64,000 bases of DNA from Candidatus Marinacidobacterium sp. (GCA_965220965.1 OZ244852.1:2779472-2843471); one strand, 5' to 3'. Shown: positions 37,783 to 49,379, counted from the first letter of the stretch. Numbers and translations: made by a program. Notes: a model not told the origin generated them from the sequence alone.

Positions 37783-38105
37783 CAGTGCACCGTCGAGAAC
37801 TGCGAACCCTTCGCGCCCGGGGGCTCGGCGTCGGACTCCTCGACCGCCTGCATCTGCGCCTCGAGCATCTTGATGAGCGCCGGCACGATGCGGAACGGGA
37901 CCGTGACCTGGGTTCGCGGTTCCGCGTACACGACCGCCTCCCCGCTGTCGTCCGCCGCCAGGTCTTCCGGCTGGACGCCGATCAGGTTGCAGAACGTGAG
38001 GGTGAGGTCGAACGGGGAGTGCGTCGCCTCGCAGAAGTTGGAGTAGATCTGCGGGCACGTGGCGTCCCGGCGGGCCTTGATCCGGAAGGTCTGCTTCGTG
38101 GTCAT
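37782..38105 (-). CDS. DUF3467 domain protein
   Basis: The start was trimmed to MTTKQTFRIKAR… after the RBS ccgaaggagag. The core …PQIYSNFCEATHSPFDLTLTFC… matches the DUF3467 pattern. Confidence 0.75.
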   Translation of the reverse strand: MTTKQTFRIKARRDATCPQIYSNFCEATHSPFDLTLTFCNLIGVQPEDLAADDSGEAVVYAEPRTQVTVPFRIVPALIKMLEAQMQAVEESDAEPPGAKGSQFSTVH

Positions 38106-38206
38106 CGACTCTCCTTCGGGGTTGCGGCGCCGGGCCCGGATTCCGGCGCGGTGGTGGGGGCCGTCCACGGAGGGACGGGTGTCGGGCGCGGCCGGGGAAG
38201 CGCCGG

Positions 38207-38280
38207 TAGCGGGGGGCGGACTTGAACCGCCGACCTAAGGGTTATGAGTCCTTCGCTCTCACCATCTGAGCTACCCCGCC
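38207..38280 (-). tRNA. tRNA-Met (anticodon CAT), elongator-type
   Basis: The reverse complement reads GGCGGGGTAGCTCAGATGGTGAGAGCGAAGGACTCATAACCCTTAGGTCGGCGGTTCAAGTCCGCCCCCCGCT. The D-, anticodon- and T-arms are canonical. The 1-72 pair appears to be G·U, which is unusual and may indicate a ±1 boundary error. Confidence 0.75.
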
Positions 38281-38404
38281 GTCCGGACTCGCCGCAACCG
38301 ACCGATATTAGCAGCCCGCTGATGAAGTCGCGCGGCGATGGCGCCCGCCTTGCGTCTTCTCCGGTGCAGAGCCGCCCGCGATGGGTGGCGAGGGGACAAC
38401 ATTC

Positions 38405-39082
38405 ATGAAGAACAACCTGACGGCGCGGGGCGCGACCCCGCGGAGGTCCCGCTGGACCCGCATCGCGCTGGCCAGCGTCCTTTTCGGCGCGCTCGGGCTC
38501 GCGAGCGCGGCGGTGGCGGTCGCGGCGACCCGCGGCCCGTCTTCGGAGACGGTGGCGGCGGCGTGGCTCGCCGGGGACGAGGGGCTCGCGGTCGAGTCTC
38601 AGCAGGCCTTCCGTGACCGCCGCCGCGCGGCGTTCGCCCGCGGCGCCGGGTCGGGGCGCTTCCAGGGTGGTGGCGAGCGCCGGGGTCCGGCGATGGGCCG
38701 CGACGGCGGCGAGGCCATGATGCGGCTCGGATGGCTCATGAGGGAGCTCGAGCTGACGGACGAGCAGCGCGACGCGATCCGGGAGGCCGCTCGGGACGCC
38801 GCCGACGCGCGTCGCGACGGCCGGCGCGCCGTGCAGGACGCCCGCCGGGAGTTCCGCGAGGCGGCTGCCGATCCGGAGCGGGCCGCCGATGAAGTTCGCG
38901 CGCTCGGAGAAGCCGCGGGGCGCGCCGAAGCCGACGCCGCGCTTTCGCGCCGCGGCGAGTGGGACCGCATCGCCGCCGTGCTCACCGAGGAGCAGCGCGC
39001 CCGGGCGGAGGAACTCCGCGATCAGGCGCGCGACCGCGACGACCGCGGGTTCCGCGGTCGCCGCGGCTTCCGCGCTCGCTGA
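38405..39082 (+). CDS. Periplasmic LTXXQ-motif protein (Spy/CpxP family)
   Basis: It has a signal peptide and two LTxxQ motifs (LELTDEQRDAI, VLTEEQRARAEEL), and is basic and Arg-rich. Confidence 0.72.
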   Translation: MKNNLTARGATPRRSRWTRIALASVLFGALGLASAAVAVAATRGPSSETVAAAWLAGDEGLAVESQQAFRDRRRAAFARGAGSGRFQGGGERRGPAMGRDGGEAMMRLGWLMRELELTDEQRDAIREAARDAADARRDGRRAVQDARREFREAAADPERAADEVRALGEAAGRAEADAALSRRGEWDRIAAVLTEEQRARAEELRDQARDRDDRGFRGRRGFRAR

Positions 39083-39144
39083 GTCGGGCCCGACCCGCAT
39101 CGCCCCACCGGGGCTTCGGCTCCGGTGGGGTTCTTCGTTTCCGG

Positions 39145-42291
<3,147 letters not shown>

Positions 42292-42397
42292 GGAAGACCT
42301 CCGGGGAGAAGAGCGGCGGGGGCGCCACGGCGCGGCCGGGAAATCCGGCGACGCCGAACCCCGTAGCATACGGGCGGCGAGCGCCGCCCCGGCTGAC

Positions 42398-42515
42398 TCA
42401 GGGCCTGAACGGCGAGGGATCCACGCTCGGCGGGGTCCCGTCGGCGAGTTCCTGGACGTGTAGTCCGGTCCCGAGCGACTGGGTGAAGCCGAGCATGCCG
42501 TGCCCGGCGGCGACG
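42398..42515 (+). repeat. 118-bp direct-repeat copy A (duplicate of the 3' end of the FAD-oxidoreductase gene)
   Basis: It is ~96% identical to 42831..42948, with 5 mismatches, and includes an in-frame stop on the minus strand. Confidence 0.85.
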
Positions 42516-42516
42516 C

Positions 42517-42834
42517 GTGTGGCAAGCTAGGGAATCGGCGGGCGGCTTTCGCCCGAGCCAGACAATGGAACCGTTGCCCGAAGTAGCCCCGATGACGAGT
42601 GCGGAAAAGGCCCGCCGCGAGGCGGAAGTCGCGGCCTTCTGGGACGCCGTCGCTCGGCGGCTGCGACGCCGACCTCCTCCGGACCCGCTGCTCGAGGGCT
42701 TCCGTTCCGCGTTCGACCTGAGTCCGCGCTGGCGCCGGACGTGGCTCTCGGAAAGCGAGGGAGCCTGGGCGGACTGGGTTGGGCTTGGCTGCGACCTGCG
42801 GCGGGCGATCCGGAAGGCGCCTCCTCGGTCCTAA
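42517..42834 (+). CDS. Hypothetical small protein lying between the two 118-bp direct repeats
   Basis: The ORF runs exactly from repeat A to repeat B. There are no recognisable motifs. Its status as coding is uncertain. Confidence 0.3.
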   Translation: MWQARESAGGFRPSQTMEPLPEVAPMTSAEKARREAEVAAFWDAVARRLRRRPPPDPLLEGFRSAFDLSPRWRRTWLSESEGAWADWVGLGCDLRRAIRKAPPRS

Positions 42835-42948
42835 GGCCTGAACGGCGAGGGATCCACGCTCGGCGGGGTCCCGTCGGCGAGTTCCTGGATGACCAGTCCG
42901 GTCCCGAGCGACTGGGTGAAGCCGAGCATGCCGTGTCCGGCGGCGACG
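42831..42948 (+). repeat. 118-bp direct-repeat copy B (native 3' end of the FAD-oxidoreductase gene)
   Basis: See copy A. Confidence 0.85.
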
Positions 42949-44072
42949 AGCAGCCCCTGCCGCCCCCGGGGGCGTCCGATCCTCGGAAGGCTGTCGGGCG
43001 TCAGCGGCCGGAAGCCGGCCCACGGCTCTTCCTCGTCCAGCGGGATGTCGGCGTTCAGGACCTGGCGCGCTCCCTCGATCACCGCGCGGTAGCGCACCGG
43101 GTTGAGCGCCGGATCGAACCCGGCGAGCTCGAGCGTCCCGGCGAACCGCACCCGGTCCAGGAACGGCGTGATGATGACCTTCTTCTCGGCGACCGTCGCC
43201 GGGACGGCGGGGCTGCCGGGAAAGGCGCGCACCGTGGCGCTGTAGCCCTTGGCGGGCTGGATCGGTAGCCGCACGCCGGCGGTCCGGGCGATGGCCGGCG
43301 AGTGCGCGCCGAGCGCGAGCACGGTCTCGTCGGCGGTTCGCTCGCTCGAGGCGCTGCTCTCATCCTCGACCGCGGCCCCGAGCACCCGGTCGCCGTCCCG
43401 GAGCAGCCGGGTCACGTTGAGTCCGGTCTCGATCCGGACCCCGTTGCGCTTCAGGGCCGCGGCGAGCGACTCCGCGAACCCGAGGCTGTAGCCGTGGGCG
43501 TCGGAGCCCAGGAAGAGCGCCCCGCGCACCGCGCCCGAGAACACGGGTTCGCGCTCCCGGACTTCGTCCCCGGTAAGCGTCTCGATGGGGAAGCCCCGCC
43601 GCTCCAGCCACGCCGCCTGTTCTCCCGCTCCGGCGAAGCCGGCGTCGGTGACGAAGACCCACCAGCCGCCCTGGCGCTCGAAAACGAACTCGAGATCGCC
43701 CTCGTCGAGCAGCTCTCCGAAGAGGCGCAGGCTCAGGTGGGAGAGCGCGGCGATGGCCTCGAATCCGGCCTCGGACCGCGCCCGGGTCGCGGCCCGCGCG
43801 AAACCGAGGAGCCATGCGGCGAGCGCGGGGTCGGCCCGCCAGCGGATATGGAACGGGCTGTCCTCGCGGAGCATCCAGCGGAGCGCCTTCCAGACGACGC
43901 CGGGGGCGGGCAGCGGGTGCGAATGCGCCGGACAGAGGAGCCCCGCCGTTCCCCGGGTCGCGCCGTGTCCGGGAAGTCCGCGGTCGATGACGCGGACGTC
44001 CCAGCCCGCCCTGCGCAGGAACCAGGCGCAGGAGAGCCCGATCGCCCCCGCCCCCAGGACGAGGGCGGTGCG
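42831..44072 (-). CDS. FAD-dependent oxidoreductase (D-amino-acid dehydrogenase/DadA-like); the start codon is unresolved
   Basis: The open frame continues upstream of the ORF-track ATG (43874) through a Rossmann motif, TALVLGAGAIGLSCAWFLRRAGWDVRVIDR. No ATG, GTG or TTG precedes the motif before the dinB-like stop at 44074. The end coordinate is therefore approximate. Confidence 0.65.
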   Translation of the reverse strand, partial: RTALVLGAGAIGLSCAWFLRRAGWDVRVIDRGLPGHGATRGTAGLLCPAHSHPLPAPGVVWKALRWMLREDSPFHIRWRADPALAAWLLGFARAATRARSEAGFEAIAALSHLSLRLFGELLDEGDLEFVFERQGGWWVFVTDAGFAGAGEQAAWLERRGFPIETLTGDEVREREPVFSGAVRGALFLGSDAHGYSLGFAESLAAALKRNGVRIETGLNVTRLLRDGDRVLGAAVEDESSASSERTADETVLALGAHSPAIARTAGVRLPIQPAKGYSATVRAFPGSPAVPATVAEKKVIITPFLDRVRFAGTLELAGFDPALNPVRYRAVIEGARQVLNADIPLDEEEPWAGFRPLTPDSLPRIGRPRGRQGLLVAAGHGMLGFTQSLGTGLVIQELADGTPPSVDPSPFRP

Positions 44073-44073
44073 C

Positions 44074-44574
44074 TTAGGGCGCGTTTTCGTCGGCCGAGGG
44101 CCCGTAGGCGCCCGGCACCGGGATGCCGAGGAGCCGGTAGGAGACGCTGAGCTGTCCCCGGTGGTGGATGATGTGGCTCACGATGAACCGCCGGAGCGCG
44201 AGGTCGCGGGGATGCTGCTCGAGCACCTTCCCCGACAGGAGCATGCGCCAGGTCTTGCGCATGTGCTCGTCGGTCTTGCCGTCGAGGCTCCGAAGAAACC
44301 GCGCGGTGTTCGCATCGTGCGCCTCGATCAGTTCGGCGCGGGTCCGCCAGTCGGGGAGCTTGTAGTCCGACGTGGCGAAGTCGAAGTCATCGGCGTCCAG
44401 AAGCGTCGTCGCCCAGTTGGGCATGTCCACCACGTGGGTGGCGAGCTTGGCGAGGGTCATCGACTTCTCGTGCGGCTTCCAGTCGGCATGGGCGTCATCG
44501 AAACGCTCGAGGAACCTCCGGGTGCAGGTGGCCTCAAGAATGAACTCGGCGATGAAACTCTCGGCGATCGTCAC
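44074..44574 (-). CDS. DinB/YfiT-like (DinB_2) metal-dependent hydrolase-fold protein
   Basis: 166 aa. It has a conserved His triad (…HEKSMTLAKLATHVVD…HIIHHRGQL). Confidence 0.78.
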   Translation of the reverse strand: MTIAESFIAEFILEATCTRRFLERFDDAHADWKPHEKSMTLAKLATHVVDMPNWATTLLDADDFDFATSDYKLPDWRTRAELIEAHDANTARFLRSLDGKTDEHMRKTWRMLLSGKVLEQHPRDLALRRFIVSHIIHHRGQLSVSYRLLGIPVPGAYGPSADENAP

Positions 44575-44698
44575 GGCGGCGGCCTCCTTGCGGGCTCACG
44601 GAGAGCGAGTCTAGATCAGCCATGGCGCCGGCGGAGGCGGCTTCCTCGCCTTGTTCCTATACTGCGTCCGGACTCGCCGTCGCGCGTCCATCCGCCCC

Positions 44699-45586
44699 AT
44701 GACTCATCCCGAAAAAAGCGATCCCACGCCCGTTGACGCGCCTTCTTCCGGCGCCAACCCCGGCCCCACCGAGGCGACCGATTCCGCGTACGCGATGGGC
44801 TACACCGAGGAGTTCCTCGGCATGCTGACGCGACGCAACGCGCCCCGGGTCGCCGGCCACCTCCTGCCCCGCCTGAAGCCGGGCATGAGAGTCCTCGACA
44901 TCGGCTGCGGGCCGGGCACGATCTCGGTGGGGTTGGCGGACGCCGTCGCTCCTGGCGGCGAGCTGCACGGCGTCGATATCGAGGATGGCCAGATCGGAAT
45001 CGCCACCGCCGCAGCCCGCGCCGGAGGTCACCACAACGCGCACTTCCGCGTCGCGAGCGCGACCGACCTTCCCTTTGATGCCGGTACGTTCGACGCGGCG
45101 CACGGCCACGCCGTGCTCATGCATGTCCCGGAACTCGGGAAGGCGCTGTCGGAGGTCCGCCGGGTCCTGAAGCCGGGGGGGATCCTCGCGTCCCGCGAGC
45201 TGATCGCATCCAGCAACTGGTTCGACCCGGATCCCGGGGGGAACCTGGACCAGGCCACGAAGCTCTTCGCCGATCTGCTCGCGGCCAATGGAGGAAGCCC
45301 CGACCTTGGGAAGCAGCTCAAGCGGCATCTTCGTGAGGCGGGATTTGTGGATCCTGTGGCGACTGCAAGCTTCGAGGTCTTCGCCGACGAGAGTGATCGC
45401 ACGTTCTTCGAGGGCTTCGTGCGAGGCTGGTTCCTCTCGCCGGGGATGAAAGGGCCGGCGATCAGGCTGGGGCTGGCCACGGAGGCCGACTTCGAGGCCT
45501 GGGAGGGGGCGCTCGGCGAGTGGCGCAGTCACCCGGGGGGCGCTGCGGCCTTCGCCTGGGGAGAGTGCGTCGCGTTGAGTCCCTGA
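44699..45586 (+). CDS. Class I SAM-dependent methyltransferase
   Basis: It has motif I (VLDIGCGPGT) and post-I (ELHGVDIED). The start was trimmed to MTHPEK. Confidence 0.8.
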   Translation: MTHPEKSDPTPVDAPSSGANPGPTEATDSAYAMGYTEEFLGMLTRRNAPRVAGHLLPRLKPGMRVLDIGCGPGTISVGLADAVAPGGELHGVDIEDGQIGIATAAARAGGHHNAHFRVASATDLPFDAGTFDAAHGHAVLMHVPELGKALSEVRRVLKPGGILASRELIASSNWFDPDPGGNLDQATKLFADLLAANGGSPDLGKQLKRHLREAGFVDPVATASFEVFADESDRTFFEGFVRGWFLSPGMKGPAIRLGLATEADFEAWEGALGEWRSHPGGAAAFAWGECVALSP

Positions 45587-45652
45587 GTCGGAGTCCAAGG
45601 GAAGTCGAGGCCGCGGGGCGCGCCGGAATTGGCGGGGTAGCATCCGCCCCCC

Positions 45653-46444
45653 ATGCGCTCCGTTTCGTCCGTCCTGCTTCCCGGTCTGCTGACCGCTTCG
45701 CTCGCGACCGCAGCCGACGGAGAGTTCCTCGCGCGGACCTCTTCCGTCAGAGGACAGGAGTACCGGTGGCAGGTGTTCGCCCCCGCCGCCGTGCTCTCCG
45801 GTGAAGACCCGAATCCGCCGGTCATCCTCTTCCTTCACGGCGCGGGCGAACGCGGGTCCGACGGCGAGCGTCAGCTCGAGATCGGGCTTCCCGCCGTGCT
45901 TCGCGAGCGGCCCGATTTTCCGGCGCTGGTGGTGATGCCGCAGGCGCCGCAGAGCGCCTGGTGGGGCACCCCCGGGATCGAGGAGATGGCGCTCGGCGCG
46001 CTGGATGCGGCGATGGCCGAGTTCGGCGGCGATCCGGACCGCGTCTACCTCACCGGGCTCTCGCTCGGGGGCTACGGGACCTGGGCGTTCGCCTACCGGG
46101 ACCCGGAGCGGTTCGCGGCGCTCATCCCGGTCTGCGGCGGGGTCGCCGCCGCCCGCTCCCGGCTGCCGACGCCCGACTGGCACCCGTCCGCGGTCCGCCC
46201 GGACGATCCGTGGGCCGAGACCGCCGCCGCCATCGCCGACATCCCGATCTGGATCTTCCACGGCGCGCTCGACCGCCGGGTTCCGGTGGACGAGTCCCGC
46301 CGGATGGTGGCCGCGCTCGAAGCGGCCGGCGGCGCTCCCCGCTACACCGAATACCCCGACGTGGCGCACCGCGCCTGGACGCCGGCGTACCGCGAGGAGG
46401 GCCTCTACGAGTGGCTCTTCGCGCAGCGCCGGACCGACCGCTGA
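45653..46444 (+). CDS. Secreted alpha/beta-hydrolase esterase (phospholipase/carboxylesterase-PHB-depolymerase-like)
   Basis: It has a signal peptide, the nucleophile elbow GLSLGG, and …FHGALDRRVP…H (an Asp/His triad). Confidence 0.8.
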   Translation: MRSVSSVLLPGLLTASLATAADGEFLARTSSVRGQEYRWQVFAPAAVLSGEDPNPPVILFLHGAGERGSDGERQLEIGLPAVLRERPDFPALVVMPQAPQSAWWGTPGIEEMALGALDAAMAEFGGDPDRVYLTGLSLGGYGTWAFAYRDPERFAALIPVCGGVAAARSRLPTPDWHPSAVRPDDPWAETAAAIADIPIWIFHGALDRRVPVDESRRMVAALEAAGGAPRYTEYPDVAHRAWTPAYREEGLYEWLFAQRRTDR

Positions 46445-46463
46445 GACGGTCGCGGCGAAAGCC

Positions 46464-47153
46464 ATGGGGCGCAGCCACATCCGGAGCCGGAGGAACGCCG
46501 ATCCCTCGGGCTACGGCTTCGCTCCCGCGGAGGTCCCGAATCCGCTGGACCCGACTCACCTCTTCGGGGATCCGGCGAAGACGGCGCCGCTCGAGATTGA
46601 GGTGGGTTCCGGCAAGGGGACGTTCCTCGTCGCCGAGGGCGAGGCCCGCCCCGAGACGCTCTTCCTCGGCATCGAGCGGGCGCGCCGCTACTGGCTCTTC
46701 GCCGCCGACCGGCTCCGCCGCCGCGAGCGGGACAACGCCCGCATCCTCCGCGCCGACGCAAACGAGGCGCTGGCCGCCCTCCCTCCGGCCTCGGCCGCCG
46801 GCGTCCACGTCTACTTCCCCGACCCCTGGCCCAAGCGGCGCCATGCGCACCGCCGCCTCCTGGTGAACGCCGACTTCCTGGCGGCCGTCGAACGGGTGCT
46901 GCGCCCGGGCGGGCTCCTCCGGGTGGTCTCGGACGCCCCCGACTACTTCGCGGCCATCCGGGAGACGCTCGCGACCCGTCGCAACCTGGTCCCCTGTCCC
47001 TACGAGCCGCCGGCGTCCGCCGGCGACGGAGAGCTGGCGGGCTCGAACTTCGAGCGGAAGTACCTCGTCGAGGGCCGCCCCATCCAGGCGCTCGCCGCGC
47101 GGCGCGTGGAGTCGCCGCCGGAGGCGCTGGGGGATACGCCGGAGCGCGACTGA
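46464..47153 (+). CDS. trmB: tRNA (guanine46-N7)-methyltransferase
   Basis: …LEIEVGSGKGTFL…VHVYFPDPWPKRRH… gives the TrmB motifs. The start was trimmed to MGRSHI. Confidence 0.85.
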   Translation: MGRSHIRSRRNADPSGYGFAPAEVPNPLDPTHLFGDPAKTAPLEIEVGSGKGTFLVAEGEARPETLFLGIERARRYWLFAADRLRRRERDNARILRADANEALAALPPASAAGVHVYFPDPWPKRRHAHRRLLVNADFLAAVERVLRPGGLLRVVSDAPDYFAAIRETLATRRNLVPCPYEPPASAGDGELAGSNFERKYLVEGRPIQALAARRVESPPEALGDTPERD

Positions 47154-47177
47154 CGCGGCGGGAAGGGACAGCGAGGG

Positions 47178-48608
47178 ATGTCCGGTACCGTTAGGGCTCC
47201 GATGACGCGCGGACAGATCGCCGAATGGGTGGCCGCAGGAGAGTCAGAGACCCAGGAGTTCAAGCGCACAACCGGCCAGCGGCGAGCGGCGGCCAAGGCT
47301 GTCTGCGGGATGCTGAACCATCGCGGCGGGCGGGTTCTGTTCGGCGTGACTCCTGCGGGCGAAGTCGCCGGGCAGCGAACTGGAAGGGACACGCAGGAGG
47401 ACATTTCCCAGGAGCTGCAGCAGATCGACCCGCCGGTCTTCCCCGACATCGACCAGGTCGACGTCGGGGACTCGCTGGTCGTGATCGTCGTGACCGTTCC
47501 CACCGGGACGAATCGTCCGTACAGCTATCGGGGCCAGGCGTACCGGCGCGTGGGCAGGACGACGCTGTCCCTCTCCGGGGACGAGTACAACCGGATGTTG
47601 CTGGAGCGGCTCCACGGTGACTCGCGCTGGGAGACCGAGGAGGCCGCCGGGTGGGACATCGCCGATCTCGATCACGATCAGATCGCCGCAACGGCCGAAG
47701 AGGCGGTGCGGCGCGGGCGCTTGGAAGAACCCGGTACGCGGGCGGCGGAGCCGCTGCTGCGCGGCCTCGGCCTGCTGCGTGGGCGAACGGTTCTGCGGGC
47801 GGCGGTCGCGCTCTTCGGCCGCCGACAACGGCTCGCCACGGAGTACCCGCAGTGTCTCCTGAGGGTCGCCAGGTTTCGGGGGACGACTCGGACGGCGTTC
47901 CTCGACAACCGACAGGTCCACGGCAACGCCTTCGATCTGCTCCACGCCGCGCAGCGCTTCCTGGTGGAGAGCTTGCCGATCGCTGGCCGTGTTGTCCCGC
48001 ACCTCTTCGAGCGGGTCGATGATCCGCTGTATCCGCCGGAGGCCCTGCGGGAGGCCGTGGCGAATGCGATCTGTCATCGCGACTATGCGGCGGGAGGCGG
48101 ATCGATCGGGATCGGCATCTACGACGACCGCCTCGAAGTTACGTCAACCGGCGGACTTCCCTTCGGACTGACGCCGGAGATGCTGTTCGAGCCGCACGAG
48201 TCCCGGCCCTGGAATCCCCTGATCGCCGGCGTCTTCTTCCGTCGGGGGATCATCGAAAACTGGGGTCGCGGAACGCTCCGGATGGCGGAGCTCACCGAGA
48301 GCGCCGGACTTCCTCGCCCGGAGATCGAGGACCAGGCGGGCGCCGTTACGGTGCGCTTCCGACCAGGCCGCTACATCGCCCCCCAGCGGATCGGACGCGA
48401 TCTGACCGAACGACAACGGGCGATCCTGACGATCCTCGGCGAGGCGCCGGAGGGGGTCGCCGTGCGGGACCTCCGGGCTCGTCTGGTGAATGGCTCCACG
48501 GCGCGGCAGGTCGGCAAGGACCTCCAGACACTCCGGGCCCTCGGACTGGCTCTCCCCGCCGGACGGGGACGGGGCGCGCGCTGGCGCCGAGCTCAAGCAG
48601 CCCGTTGA
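47178..48608 (+). CDS. AlbA_2 (divergent-AAA) + HATPase_c_4 + C-terminal wHTH protein (RecG-C-terminal-like putative ATPase/transcriptional regulator; Schlafen-like)
   Basis: The N-terminus (…ESETQEFKR…LNHRGGRVLFGV…) matches AlbA_2. The middle region (…ALREAVANAICHRDY…) matches HATPase_c_4. The C-terminal …LTERQRAILTILGEAPEGVAVRDL… looks like a wHTH. It is full-length relative to the truncated paralogue at 21389. Confidence 0.8.
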   Translation: MSGTVRAPMTRGQIAEWVAAGESETQEFKRTTGQRRAAAKAVCGMLNHRGGRVLFGVTPAGEVAGQRTGRDTQEDISQELQQIDPPVFPDIDQVDVGDSLVVIVVTVPTGTNRPYSYRGQAYRRVGRTTLSLSGDEYNRMLLERLHGDSRWETEEAAGWDIADLDHDQIAATAEEAVRRGRLEEPGTRAAEPLLRGLGLLRGRTVLRAAVALFGRRQRLATEYPQCLLRVARFRGTTRTAFLDNRQVHGNAFDLLHAAQRFLVESLPIAGRVVPHLFERVDDPLYPPEALREAVANAICHRDYAAGGGSIGIGIYDDRLEVTSTGGLPFGLTPEMLFEPHESRPWNPLIAGVFFRRGIIENWGRGTLRMAELTESAGLPRPEIEDQAGAVTVRFRPGRYIAPQRIGRDLTERQRAILTILGEAPEGVAVRDLRARLVNGSTARQVGKDLQTLRALGLALPAGRGRGARWRRAQAAR

Positions 48609-48782
48609 CAAAGTCCCGCGGCGTTCGAGCGGCGATGCATCCCGCCCGAACCACGCCCCTTCGGGGCGCTCATCGTTGCGTTTCGCTCGGAATATTCCCG
48701 ATATTCCTCGCTCACGCGCCTTGTCGGCCGGGCGCCTCACCGCTCTCGGCGCTGCACGCGACCTTATCAACGGACTGCTAGG
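48593..48782 (+). repeat. ~190 bp MITE-like element, copy 2; its left end overlaps the last codons of the AlbA_2 gene
   Basis: See copy 1. It begins …AGCAGCCCGTTGACAAAGTC and ends GACCTTATCAACGGACTGCTAGG. Confidence 0.6.
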
Positions 48783-48822
48783 CGGCGCTGGGTGTGGGAC
48801 GACGCCACGGAGGTTGGTGAGG

Positions 48823-48938
48823 CCATTGGGAAACCATTCGGGCCAATTCCGGAACAATTCGGAACAATTCGGGGCCAATTCGGAACCATTCGCGGAACCA
48901 TTCGGAACAATTCCGGGACAATTCGGAACCATTCGAGG
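48823..48938. repeat. Tandem array of ~11 degenerate 10-11-bp units (consensus ~AAC(A/C)ATTCGG), i.e. ~10.5-bp phasing
   Basis: ccattgggaaa|ccattcggg|ccaattccgg|aacaattcgg|aacaattcgggg|ccaattcgg|aaccattcgcgg|aaccattcgg|aacaattccggg|acaattcgg|aaccattcgagg is seen directly. The antisense ORFs across it are repeat artefacts. Confidence 0.8.
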
Positions 48939-48943
48939 CGATC

Positions 48944-49213
48944 ATGCCCATCACGCCCGGTTCGACCGCCAAGCGAAAGATCAGGCTGCGCCAGGAGGCG
49001 CGGCGGACGCCGGTAGCCCCGCCTGACGACACGGTGGATCAGGAACTCCAGCGTGACGGCGAGGACCACGTCGAGGCCGGACCGGCCACGGCGGTGTCCG
49101 CGGCCTTCGGGCTGCTCGCTCGGCCGGGCGCGGCGCCACAGTCCATCGAGGCGCTGAACGAAGCGATCAGCGCCGGATGGGCCGGTGAGACGCCTCCATC
49201 AGGAAAGCGCTGA
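48944..49213 (+). CDS. Hypothetical small protein (weak ParD/RHH-antitoxin-like C-terminus: …SIEALNEAISAGWAGE…)
   Basis: The ORF begins immediately after the tandem array. The similarity is only to the eye, so both its coding status and its family are uncertain. Confidence 0.25.
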   Translation: MPITPGSTAKRKIRLRQEARRTPVAPPDDTVDQELQRDGEDHVEAGPATAVSAAFGLLARPGAAPQSIEALNEAISAGWAGETPPSGKR

Positions 49214-49336
49214 ACGCGATCTGGCGCGTCAATCAGGGTCAGACGCGCGCGGCAATCAGGATGAGACGCTGAACGCCGGTCGCGAGGGCGGGTGGGCGAG
49301 CCTTCACTGGGGCGCGGTGTGATGTCTCGCTCAAGT

Positions 49337-49379
49337 CATTGGTGCACATCACACGTGACATGGGCAATATGCACCAATG
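49337..49379. promoter_or_regulatory. Inverted repeat CATTGGTGCACAT-N17-ATATGCACCAATG (12/13 match) enclosing CACGTG; the right arm contains the start codon of the COG1373 ATPase
   Basis: Seen directly in the sequence. An operator or translational-control function is inference. Confidence 0.35.

Noticed and set aside
48767-49069. ORFs 48767..49069 -, 48778..49032 -, 48792..49016 + spanning the tandem array
   Set aside because: Their peptide periodicity (…IRNHSRRSCP…, …WFREWFRIGPELFRIVPELARMV…) simply mirrors the 10-11-bp DNA repeat. They are repeat artefacts.
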